Translations under genes and position numbers: made by a program
Notes under the pieces: model-generated
Seen by the model: only the letters and a program-made list of their open reading frames with translations
The model's database searches: none
Told to the model about the DNA's origin: nothing
In this document: piece by piece, positions 34,047 to 42,289 of the stretch
Position numbering within the stretch: the stretch's first letter is position 1
Layout of the letters: each line of letters begins with the position of its first letter
Source of the DNA: Candidatus Eiseniibacteriota bacterium
Lineage (GTDB): Bacteria > Eisenbacteria > RBG-16-71-46 > DASYSL01
Reading direction: 5' to 3'
Assembly (NCBI GenBank): GCA_046598045.1
Contig: JBKJJJ010000081.1
Span: 1 to 49,238, forward strand
Length of the DNA: 49,238 bases

Positions 34047-35750
34047 CTAGTCCTGGAGCACGAGTTCGCGCAGCAGTTCGAGGCCGACCGGGCCCGAGTT
34101 GAGCACGCGGGCGTGGAAGTCCTTGAGGCTGAACGCTGCGCCCTTCTTGTGCTTGAGCTGCTCGCGCAACTCCATGATCACGCGTTCGCCCACCTTGTAG
34201 GCGATCGCCTGCCCGGGCCAGCCCAGGTAGCGCGTGACCTCGGACGCCGCGTACTGCGGGTCCTGGAAGCCGCGCTGCTCCATCATCTCGACGCCCAACG
34301 CGTAGTTCCAAGTCTCGCCCGGGTGGAACGAGGTCTCGCTCGCCGGAATCTTGAGCTCGAGGTGGCAGCCGATGTCGATCACCACGCGGCAGGCGCGGAA
34401 CAGCTGCGCGTTGAGCATGCCGAGCACGTACTCGGGCTTCTCGAAGTAGCCGAGCTCGTCCATCAGGCGCTCGGTGTAGAGCGCCCAGCCCTCGCCGTAG
34501 CCCGGGTACCACACCGAGAGGCGGTGCAGGCGCGACAGGTGGTCCGCGAGGAAGACCTGGATGCCGCATTGCAGGTGGTGTCCGGGGAAGCCCTCGTGGT
34601 ACGCGGTCGAAATGTGATCGTAGAGCGGGATGTCGTGCGTCTCGTCGGGCGCGAGCGAGTACCACACCGTGCCGGGGCGGCTGAAGTCCTCGCTGGGCTG
34701 GATGTAGTACGCGCCGAGCGCGCCACCCTTGGGCGCGATCTTCACGAGGACGTTGCGGATCGGGGCGGGCACGTCGAAGTGTTCGCCGTCGAGCTGCTTG
34801 AGCGCCTGCATCTGGCGCTCGGTCATGATGCGCACGAAATCCGGAATGTCCTTCGCCGCGCGCGTCTTGTCGGTCTTCAGGATCTCGAACACTTCGGGCA
34901 CCGTTGCGCCGGGCTTGATCTGGTCGGCGACGGCGCGCATCGCGGCTTCGAGCGAGCGCACCTGCTCCCAGCCCCAGGCGTAGGTCTCCTCGGGATCGAT
35001 CGTCATGCCGAGGAAGCGGCGCGTCTGGCGGGCGTAGCGCTCGCGGCCGACCGCGTCCTGGGGCAGCGCCTTCGGCAGATAGGCGCCCTCGAGCCAGTCG
35101 GCGAACGCCGCGTAGGCCGCGCACGCGACCGGGATCGCCGCGTCGAGGCGGGCGCTGATCGCCGGGTCCTTGACCCCGGACCCCGCGAGCGTCGCTGGCA
35201 GGCGGCGGAAGAACGACTCCGGCCCGGCCTGCACGCGGCTCTGCTCGATCACCGACTCGACCTGGCGGATCGACACCGTCTTGCCGGCGGCGAGCCCCTT
35301 CGCCAGCGTCTCCCGGTAGCCGGTGAGCGGTCGCGCGATGGTCTCGATGCGCGTGATCATGTTGCCCCACGCCTCGGCCGTCCCGGTGTCCATGACGTCG
35401 AACACCTGGCGGATGGTCTGGAACGTCGAGGCGATGTTGTTCAGGTCGAGCATGTCGTCGCCGTCGTCGAAGTACGTGCGCTCGAGCTTGAGGTGCTCGC
35501 CCATGACCTGGATCGCGAGGCGCGCCCAACGATCCTCCGACGGGGGCAGGGCGGCGAGGCGCCGCTCGTAATCGACGATGAACTTGCGTGCGGCGTCCCC
35601 GCCCGCGGGGCTGAAGTCGTCCCACTTGTCGTCGTGGCCCCGGATGCCCTGGTAGGTTGCGATGGTGGGCCGCAGCGCCGCCATGCGGTCGACGAATTCG
35701 CTCGAGAGGTCGAAGACTTCATGCACGCCGGTGTCGGTGCCAGAGGTCAC
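34047..35750 (-). CDS. DUF885 family protein (putative metallopeptidase fold)
   Basis: 'GAYY..PS.D.SRPG', 'HEGFPGHHLQ', 'EGWALYTE', 'RA.RVVIDIG.H', 'EV.RY..WPGQA..YKVG'. GTG 35750 follows AAGGAG. Confidence 0.92.
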   Translation of the reverse strand: MTSGTDTGVHEVFDLSSEFVDRMAALRPTIATYQGIRGHDDKWDDFSPAGGDAARKFIVDYERRLAALPPSEDRWARLAIQVMGEHLKLERTYFDDGDDMLDLNNIASTFQTIRQVFDVMDTGTAEAWGNMITRIETIARPLTGYRETLAKGLAAGKTVSIRQVESVIEQSRVQAGPESFFRRLPATLAGSGVKDPAISARLDAAIPVACAAYAAFADWLEGAYLPKALPQDAVGRERYARQTRRFLGMTIDPEETYAWGWEQVRSLEAAMRAVADQIKPGATVPEVFEILKTDKTRAAKDIPDFVRIMTERQMQALKQLDGEHFDVPAPIRNVLVKIAPKGGALGAYYIQPSEDFSRPGTVWYSLAPDETHDIPLYDHISTAYHEGFPGHHLQCGIQVFLADHLSRLHRLSVWYPGYGEGWALYTERLMDELGYFEKPEYVLGMLNAQLFRACRVVIDIGCHLELKIPASETSFHPGETWNYALGVEMMEQRGFQDPQYAASEVTRYLGWPGQAIAYKVGERVIMELREQLKHKKGAAFSLKDFHARVLNSGPVGLELLRELVLQD

Positions 35751-35937
35751 GGGAGGGCTCCTTGGGTCAGGTCGATGGGAGAGGTGAGGACGGCCAGAGT
35801 ACCGTCTGGGGGCGGGATTGTCCACCGGGGGTCGGGCGCCTGATCGCGACGGCTGCGACGGGCGTCCCCTGGCGCGCGGTCGGGGGTGAACCCGCTTCCC
35901 CCTTGACGAAAGGGATGGCCTCGCGTTTCCTCGGGGC

Positions 35938-36621
35938 ATGAGCGACTCGGCGGGCATCCCGGCCTATCACCCGATTCCCTACCGCCCCGAGCGCCTGCCC
36001 TCGGATCAGGGCGCCCGCATCCTCGAGGCGGATTATGCGAGCGCGAATGCCCGCCGGACCGTGCGGCGATTCTCGCCGGATCCCGTGCCGGCCGCAATGA
36101 TCGAAACCGCGCTCAAGATCGCCGGGACGGCGCCCAGCGGGGCGCACCGGCAGCCGTGGCATTTCGTGGCCGTGTCGGATCCTGCGCAGAAGAGCCGGAT
36201 CCGGCAGGCGGCCGAACTCGAGGAACGCGACTTCTACGACCGCCGAGCACCCGCCGATTGGCTCGAGGCACTGGCTCCCCTCGGCACGGACTTCAAAAAG
36301 GATTACCTCGAGATCGCCCCCTGGCTGATCGTGGTGTTTCGGCGCGATCCCGAGGTGCTGCCCGATGGTCGCCGGCTCAAGAACTACTACGTCGGTGAAT
36401 CGGTGGGCATCGCGGTCGGCTTTCTGATTCAGGCGCTCCACCGCGCCGGGCTGGCCACGCTCACGCATACTCCGGCGCCCATGACGTTCCTGCGCGAGCT
36501 CTGCGGGCGCCCCGAGAACGAGCGACCGTTCGTGATCATGCCGGTCGGCTACCCGGCTCCTGATTGCGAGGTGCCGGACCTCGTCCGCAAGCCGCTGGCG
36601 GAGATCGCGACGTTTCGCTAG
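35938..36621 (+). CDS. Nitroreductase superfamily, iodotyrosine deiodinase (IYD)-like
   Basis: 'RRTVRRFS', 'APSGAHRQPWHF', lid 'E.EERDFY...W...L..LGTD..K.YL', 'YY..ESVGIA.G', 'TLTHTP'. Confidence 0.88.
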   Translation: MSDSAGIPAYHPIPYRPERLPSDQGARILEADYASANARRTVRRFSPDPVPAAMIETALKIAGTAPSGAHRQPWHFVAVSDPAQKSRIRQAAELEERDFYDRRAPADWLEALAPLGTDFKKDYLEIAPWLIVVFRRDPEVLPDGRRLKNYYVGESVGIAVGFLIQALHRAGLATLTHTPAPMTFLRELCGRPENERPFVIMPVGYPAPDCEVPDLVRKPLAEIATFR

Positions 36622-36680
36622 GATGCCCGGGTTGCACCCCCACCTGGCCGCACGTACCCATGTCGACGCCGGAGCGCTCC

Positions 36681-37352
36681 ATGCAGCAGGGCTATTTCCT
36701 TGCCATCGCCGGGAACATCGGAGTGGGCAAGACCGAGCTGACGGACCGGCTCGCCGCCGAGCTGGGCTGGAAGGTCTACTACGAGCCGGTGATCGACAAT
36801 CCCTACCTTGATCCGTTCTACAAGGACATGGAACGCTGGTCGTTCCACCTGCAGATGTATTTCCTCGGCGAGCGCTTCAAGGCGCAGGTCAAGATCGGCC
36901 AGTCCGGCGAGGCGTTCATCCAGGATCGTACGATCTACGAGGACGCCGAGATCTTCGCCAAGACCCTGTTCGAGCAGGGCTCGATGACCAGGACCGACTA
37001 CGAAAACTACGTCACGCTGTTCCACTGCATGACCGACTTCCTGCGCCCGCCCGACCTGATCGTCTACCTGCACGCCAGCCCCGACACGCTCATGAAGCGC
37101 ATCGCGACGCGCGGGCGGGAGAGCGAGAAGACGATCACGCGCGACTACCTCGCGCGTCTCGGCGCGGCGTACGAGGACTGGATCGCGCGCTCGCAGCAGC
37201 GCGGCGAGGTGCACGTCATCGACACCGACGCCGTGCCGCTCCGGGGAACCACCCCCGCGTTCACCGAGCTGGTCGAGAAGCTCAAGCGCCGCTATCCGCC
37301 GCAGGTCACGCTGCACCTGCCGGGGACGGAGCCGCCGCCGCCGCGGCGATAG
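36681..37352 (+). CDS. Deoxynucleoside kinase (dCK/dGK/dAK family)
   Basis: P-loop AGNIGVGKT, 'YEP..NPYL..FY.DM.RWSF..Q', 'DRTIYED', 'RI..RGR..E'. Start 36681 (GGAG upstream) or 36660. Confidence 0.92.
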   Translation: MQQGYFLAIAGNIGVGKTELTDRLAAELGWKVYYEPVIDNPYLDPFYKDMERWSFHLQMYFLGERFKAQVKIGQSGEAFIQDRTIYEDAEIFAKTLFEQGSMTRTDYENYVTLFHCMTDFLRPPDLIVYLHASPDTLMKRIATRGRESEKTITRDYLARLGAAYEDWIARSQQRGEVHVIDTDAVPLRGTTPAFTELVEKLKRRYPPQVTLHLPGTEPPPPRR

Positions 37353-37353
37353 C

Positions 37354-37776
37354 TCAGCGGTCGGTGCGCCGATAGCGCCCGAGTTGATCGCCGTCGCCCA
37401 CGCGCAACTCGAAGATCGACTGTCCGCCGAAGTACACCGCTTGGTTCGCCACCGCTCGTCCGCCGCGATAGACGCGCACGTCGGTGTCGCCCGTGGCCTC
37501 GGGCAACGCGAGCCACACGCTGTCCTGCGCCGCGACGTAGCCCGCGCGCGCGGCGAGCAGGTTCGCGCCCGGCGGCTCGGGCTCGACCGTGATCGAGTCG
37601 AGCGAGGTCGTCCCGGTGTTGATCACGACGAGCCGGTTCCCGGCAGGCGCGCCGTGCGGGCGCAGCGCGACCACGACCGCGAGCAGGGCTGCCATCGCGA
37701 GCGCGAGCGCGATCACGCGCAACGGCGGCGGGGAACCGACAGCGTGCGAGTCGTCGGGCTCGGCCGGCGTGTTCAT
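37354..37776 (-). CDS. Hypothetical membrane-anchored small beta-domain protein
   Basis: ATG overlaps the ileS TGA (ATGA); one N-terminal hydrophobic helix followed by a beta-rich region. Confidence 0.65.
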   Translation of the reverse strand: MNTPAEPDDSHAVGSPPPLRVIALALAMAALLAVVVALRPHGAPAGNRLVVINTGTTSLDSITVEPEPPGANLLAARAGYVAAQDSVWLALPEATGDTDVRVYRGGRAVANQAVYFGGQSIFELRVGDGDQLGRYRRTDR

Positions 37777-40613
37777 GCGGTCGGCCGCGCGAAATTGGCA
37801 GGCAGCGCGGCCACACAGCGGTCGCACAGCGTCGGGTGCCCGGGGGACTGGCCGACGGTCATGCGATAGTTCCAACAACGCTCGCATTTCGCGTAAGGCG
37901 TGCGGGTTACGGCCACGCCCCAGATCTGGCCCTCGGGCGGTTTTTGGCCGCCGGGCTGGGCGAAGCTGACCTGGAGATACGCCGGCAGCGCGGCCGCGTA
38001 GCGCTCGAGCAAGGAGCGCTCGGCCTCGCCGGAGGCGACGAGCTGGACCGAAGCCTCCTGCGTCTGCGTGAGGCGCTTGGCGGCGCGCTCGACCTCGATC
38101 GCGCGGTACGTCGCATCGCGCAGCGCGGCGAGTTGCTGCCAGTCGGCGAGCGCGGCGGCGTCGACGGCGGGGGCGTCGCCCCACACCGCCTCGAACACGG
38201 ACTCCGCCTCCGCCTTGAGCGCGGGGACGTGCTGCCAGATCTCCTCGGCGGTGAACGAGAGCACGGGCGCGAGCAGGACCGTCAGCCCGCGCAGCGTCTC
38301 CCACAGCACGGCCTGCGCCGAGCGCCGTTCCGGGTGGTCGAGCGCGAGCGTGTAGAGCGAGTCCTTGCGGAAGTCGAGGTACACCGCCGACAGGTCGGTC
38401 GTGCACAGGTCGACCAGGCGCGAGACCGCCGAGTGGAAGCGTGCCGCGTTGTACTCCGCGCGTGCCTGGGCGAACGCGTCGCGCACGCGCGCGAGCGCCG
38501 CGCGGTCGAGCGGCTCGAGGGTGGACGCATCCACCGGCCCGGCGGGGGGCGTGTAGTCGGACAGGTTCGCGATCAGGAAGCGCACCGTGTTGCGCACCTT
38601 GCGGTACGCGTCGGCGACGCGCTTCAGGATCTCCGGCGAGATGCGCACGTCGGTGCGCCAGTCGGTCGAGCATGCCCAGAGCCGGAGGATGTCCGCACCG
38701 TTCTGCGGGATCACCTGCTCGGGCAGGATCACGTTGCCGAGCGACTTGTGCATCGCGCGGCCATCGCCGTCGAGCACCCAGCCGTGCGTCAGCACAGAGC
38801 GGTACGGCGCGCGGCCGTCCGGGTCGGTCGCAACCGCGATCATGAGCGACGAATTGAACCAGCCACGGTGCTGGTCGGGGCCCTCGTAGTAGACGTCGCA
38901 CGGCCAGCGCATGCCGCGCGCCTGGAGCACGGCGCGGTGCGTCGAACCCGAGTCGAACCACACGTCGAGGATGTCGGTTTCCTTCTCGAACGGGCCCTTG
39001 GAGCCGCAACCGGGGCACTGGAAGCCCGGCGGGATGAACGCTTCGGCGGGCTCCGTGTACCACACGTCCGAGTTCGCCGCGCGCACGCGCTCGGCCACCC
39101 GCGCGATCACGTCCTTGTGGACTGTGGGCTGCCCGCAGGCGTCGCAATAGAGCGCGGGAATACCGACGCCCCAGCTGCGCTGGCGCGAGACGCACCAGTC
39201 GGGCCGGGACTCGACCGCCGAGGCGATGCGATTCTTCGAGGACTCGGGGTCCCACGCCGTGGCGTCGATCGCCTGGAGCGCACGCTGGCGATGACCGTGC
39301 GCATCGATCGCCATGAACCACTGGTCGGTCGCGCGGAAGATCACCGCGTTGCGGCAGCGCCAGCAATGCGGGTACGAGTGCCGGAGCGTTCCCTTCGCGA
39401 GCATCAGTCCGCGCTCGTCGAGCCAGGCGATGATCGCATCGTTGACCTTGAACACGTGCTGTCCCTGGAACGGCGCCGCCTCGTCGGTCAGGACGCCGCC
39501 CTCGTCCACGGGGCAGAGTGCCTCGAAGCCGAACTTCTTGCCGACCTGGAAGTCCTCCTTGCCGTGCCCCGGCGCGGCGTGAACGAAGCCCGAGCCGTCC
39601 TCGGCGGTGACAAACGGGCGGCCGTCGACGATCGGCGAGGGGCGACCGAACGGATTCTCGAAGGTCGCGCCGAGCAGGTCGAGGCCCTTGAGCCGCGCCT
39701 TCTCGGGCAGCGCGCGGCCGCTCGCCTCGCGCACCGCGTCGGCGCGCGTCGCCGCGACCAGCAGCGCGCGCTCGCCGTCGTCGAGCACCACGTACTCGAG
39801 CGACGGGTCGGCCATGACGAACAGGTTCGCCGGCAGCGTCCACGGCGTGGTCGTCCAGATCACGACCGAGAGTCCGGGGAAGCGCGTCTTGAGCTCGGCG
39901 GTGCGCACCGCGTCGGCCGACTCCGGGGCGTCGCCCGGGAACGGCCCGTTCCACGCGGGGAAGGCGACGTAGACCCAGGGACCGGGATCGTCCTGGTACT
40001 CGATCTCGGCTTCGGCGAGCGCGGTGCGATCGGTCGGGCACCAGTGGATCGAGCGCAGGCCACGGTAGATGTACCCGCCCTCGACCAGCGCGCCGAACGT
40101 GCTCACGATCTCCGCCTCGAACGCGCCGTCCATCGTGAGGTAGGGGTTCGCCCAATCGCCCAGCACCCCGAGGCGCTGGAACTGTTCCTTCTGGATCTCG
40201 ACGAAGCGCGCGGCGTACTCGCGGCAGGCCTGGCGCAGCGCGGCGCGTTCGACCGGGATGCCCTTCTTGCGGAACTCGGCCGCGACATTGTTCTCGATCG
40301 GCATGCCGTGGTTGTCCCAGCCCGGCACGTAGGGCACGTGCTTGCCCTGCAGCAGGTGGACCTTGTTGGGCGCGTCCTTCCAGATCTTGTTGGCCGCGGT
40401 GCCGAGGTGGATGTTGCCGTTGGAGTAGGGCGGCCCATCGTGCAGCACGAACGAGCGCGCTGGATCATCCGCCTGGGAGCGGCGCGCCTTCTCCATACGG
40501 CCGAAGACATCGCGCTCCGCCCAGAACCGCAGCCAATCGGGCTCGCGCTGCGGCAGGTTCGCCTTCATCGGGAAGTCGGTATCGGGCAGGTTCAGCGTGT
40601 CGCGATAGCTCAT
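37773..40613 (-). CDS. ileS: Isoleucine--tRNA ligase (type 1)
   Basis: MSYRDTLNLP.TDFPMKANL, LHDGPPY.NG, HLGT, GWDNHG, WTTTPWTLP, DWCVSRQR, EGPDQHRGWF, AMHKS, C-terminal CERC...CDRC zinc finger. Confidence 0.97.
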   Translation of the reverse strand: MSYRDTLNLPDTDFPMKANLPQREPDWLRFWAERDVFGRMEKARRSQADDPARSFVLHDGPPYSNGNIHLGTAANKIWKDAPNKVHLLQGKHVPYVPGWDNHGMPIENNVAAEFRKKGIPVERAALRQACREYAARFVEIQKEQFQRLGVLGDWANPYLTMDGAFEAEIVSTFGALVEGGYIYRGLRSIHWCPTDRTALAEAEIEYQDDPGPWVYVAFPAWNGPFPGDAPESADAVRTAELKTRFPGLSVVIWTTTPWTLPANLFVMADPSLEYVVLDDGERALLVAATRADAVREASGRALPEKARLKGLDLLGATFENPFGRPSPIVDGRPFVTAEDGSGFVHAAPGHGKEDFQVGKKFGFEALCPVDEGGVLTDEAAPFQGQHVFKVNDAIIAWLDERGLMLAKGTLRHSYPHCWRCRNAVIFRATDQWFMAIDAHGHRQRALQAIDATAWDPESSKNRIASAVESRPDWCVSRQRSWGVGIPALYCDACGQPTVHKDVIARVAERVRAANSDVWYTEPAEAFIPPGFQCPGCGSKGPFEKETDILDVWFDSGSTHRAVLQARGMRWPCDVYYEGPDQHRGWFNSSLMIAVATDPDGRAPYRSVLTHGWVLDGDGRAMHKSLGNVILPEQVIPQNGADILRLWACSTDWRTDVRISPEILKRVADAYRKVRNTVRFLIANLSDYTPPAGPVDASTLEPLDRAALARVRDAFAQARAEYNAARFHSAVSRLVDLCTTDLSAVYLDFRKDSLYTLALDHPERRSAQAVLWETLRGLTVLLAPVLSFTAEEIWQHVPALKAEAESVFEAVWGDAPAVDAAALADWQQLAALRDATYRAIEVERAAKRLTQTQEASVQLVASGEAERSLLERYAAALPAYLQVSFAQPGGQKPPEGQIWGVAVTRTPYAKCERCWNYRMTVGQSPGHPTLCDRCVAALPANFARPTA

Positions 40614-40646
40614 CTCGGATCCTTCCCGCGTCCCTGGCCGGAACGC

Positions 40647-40679
40647 AAAAGCCCCAACGAGTCGTGGACTCGTTGGGGC
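40647..40679 (-). terminator. Intrinsic terminator (attenuator) of the ileS T-box leader
   Basis: Minus strand gccccaacgagt-ccacg-actcgttggggc-TTTT. Confidence 0.9.
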
Positions 40680-40926
40680 GAGGTGCGCTCGCGGTTCCAC
40701 CCAACTTCACCGCCCCGTCGCCGGGGAGGTCTCGGGCGCTGGGGACCAGCGCATGCCCGTGTCGTGGGCGGTCGTCCGCGTCTACTGCGCGGCCGCAGTG
40801 GGGCAGCGGCGGCGGTTCGGGCGGCGGCTCGGGGGTGATCTTCGGCTGGGGCTCCGCTCCGGGCTCACACCGTCCCCGGATCGCTCGTGCGGGCCTTCCT
40901 GCGTACTCGTCCCCGTCACAGCCTTG
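40647..40926 (-). ncRNA. T-box riboswitch, Ile-specific, transcriptional attenuation type
   Basis: Stem I with GCTGTGA..., AGTA, GAG and GGTGTGAG distal loop; specifier GAAG-ATC-A (ATC at 40839-37); T-box AAGTTGGGTGGAACCGCG (40707-40690); overlapping terminator; directly upstream of ileS. Confidence 0.92.
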
Positions 40927-40937
40927 GTGTCGTGCCC

Positions 40938-40966
40938 AACATGAACCAGGCCGCCGCGGCTGTCAA
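40938..40966 (-). promoter_or_regulatory. sigma70 promoter of the T-box/ileS transcript
   Basis: Minus strand TTGACA-N17-CATGTT just upstream of T-box stem I. Confidence 0.7.
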
Positions 40967-41011
40967 GCCACGGCGGCCCGGGGGGAGATGGCGTGGGGCG
41001 GCGCGCCCCTT

Positions 41012-42289
41012 CTAGAGCTCGCGCCAGGCGATCGTGCGCAGGTTGCCGCCGTACTTCGAGATCTTCTGCTGGATCGAGTCGCCGGAGTACAGGATGATCG
41101 CCGAGCCGTTCGCGATCTTGACCGTGGTCTTGCCGTTGACCACGATCCCGCCCAGGATCCAGCAATTGCCGTTGATGAACAGGTCGCCCTCGCAGTAGAT
41201 CATGCCGCGGTAGGTAAAGCTGCCGTTGAGCCTGAGGTTGCCGTCGACATACAGGAACCCCTCCCCGTCGCCGCCGTTGTAGGAGAAGTCTCCGCTCTTG
41301 TTCTGCCGCACGTTGTCGTTGTCCAGGTAGTAGATGCCGACCGGCGGGCTGGGCTCGACCGAGAGCGGCGTTCCCACCCAGGGCCAGAAGTCGCTCTGCG
41401 CCATCGTCAGCACGTCCCACGGCCCCGAGTAGAAGCCCGTCTGGTAGGTCTGCATCGCGGCCGGCTCGCCCTGTACCGTCGGCGATCCCTGGGTCGTGGC
41501 CGTGTTCGTGGACCACGCGCCCGGCATGCAGGTTCCATGAACCGTACCCGCCCACCAGTTGCCGATGCCGGCGTCGCAGCTCGGGGGGCCCACGTTGGTC
41601 GGCGTATCCGCGCGGTGGTCGTGGCCGCACACCTTGATGTTGCCCTTGAACGAGATCGCGACGTTCGCCACGACCGCGCCCTTCGCCAGGATGTTGAACT
41701 TCGTGCGGCACACCTCGGCGTAGACCGTGCGCGCGCTGCCGCCGGCCGTTCCGGTTGACGTGACCACCCAGATTGGATTGCCGGTCGCCGTGTTGATCTT
41801 CGGGTTCGCGGTGTCGTCGTAGCGCTGGATCACGCCCATCTTGGTCTTGTAGCGCATCGAGAGCGTGTTCTGGTTCTTGGTCGCGGTCGAGTACCCGAGG
41901 TACGCGCCCGCGGGCTGCAGCGTCGCCAGCGCGGTCGTGTCCACGCCGACCGCGGGGATCGACCCGGCGGCCTGGTTGAAGATCATGGTCACGTTGCGCG
42001 GATTCAGGTTGTCCGGCACGTCGCCGTTCTTGATGCGCAGCATCGCCTCTTGAATGCCGGCCTCGGCGATCGTCAGTGCCTGCGTGTCGCGCACCTTGAG
42101 GCCCGCGATCTTGGTCTCGGTGTTCACGTTCGCCATCAGCGCGGCGCCGATCACGGTCAGGACCAGCAGGACCATGATCGCGAGCACCAGCGCCATGCCC
42201 TCCTGGTGGGGGCGATTGCCCGGGGGGACCTTGGTCGAGGGCTTGGCCATGGCGCTTGCGTCCTTCTCGTTGAGGTTGTGCGTGTTCAT
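41012..42289 (-). CDS. pilX: PilX-like minor pilin with extended C-terminal beta domain
   Basis: EG|MALVL without Glu5, hydrophobic helix, 'A...AEAGI..A', C-terminal 'GFLYVDGNL...F.Y.G.I' and 'WRE' end. Start 42289 (ATGA overlap) or 42250. Confidence 0.78.
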   Translation of the reverse strand: MNTHNLNEKDASAMAKPSTKVPPGNRPHQEGMALVLAIMVLLVLTVIGAALMANVNTETKIAGLKVRDTQALTIAEAGIQEAMLRIKNGDVPDNLNPRNVTMIFNQAAGSIPAVGVDTTALATLQPAGAYLGYSTATKNQNTLSMRYKTKMGVIQRYDDTANPKINTATGNPIWVVTSTGTAGGSARTVYAEVCRTKFNILAKGAVVANVAISFKGNIKVCGHDHRADTPTNVGPPSCDAGIGNWWAGTVHGTCMPGAWSTNTATTQGSPTVQGEPAAMQTYQTGFYSGPWDVLTMAQSDFWPWVGTPLSVEPSPPVGIYYLDNDNVRQNKSGDFSYNGGDGEGFLYVDGNLRLNGSFTYRGMIYCEGDLFINGNCWILGGIVVNGKTTVKIANGSAIILYSGDSIQQKISKYGGNLRTIAWREL

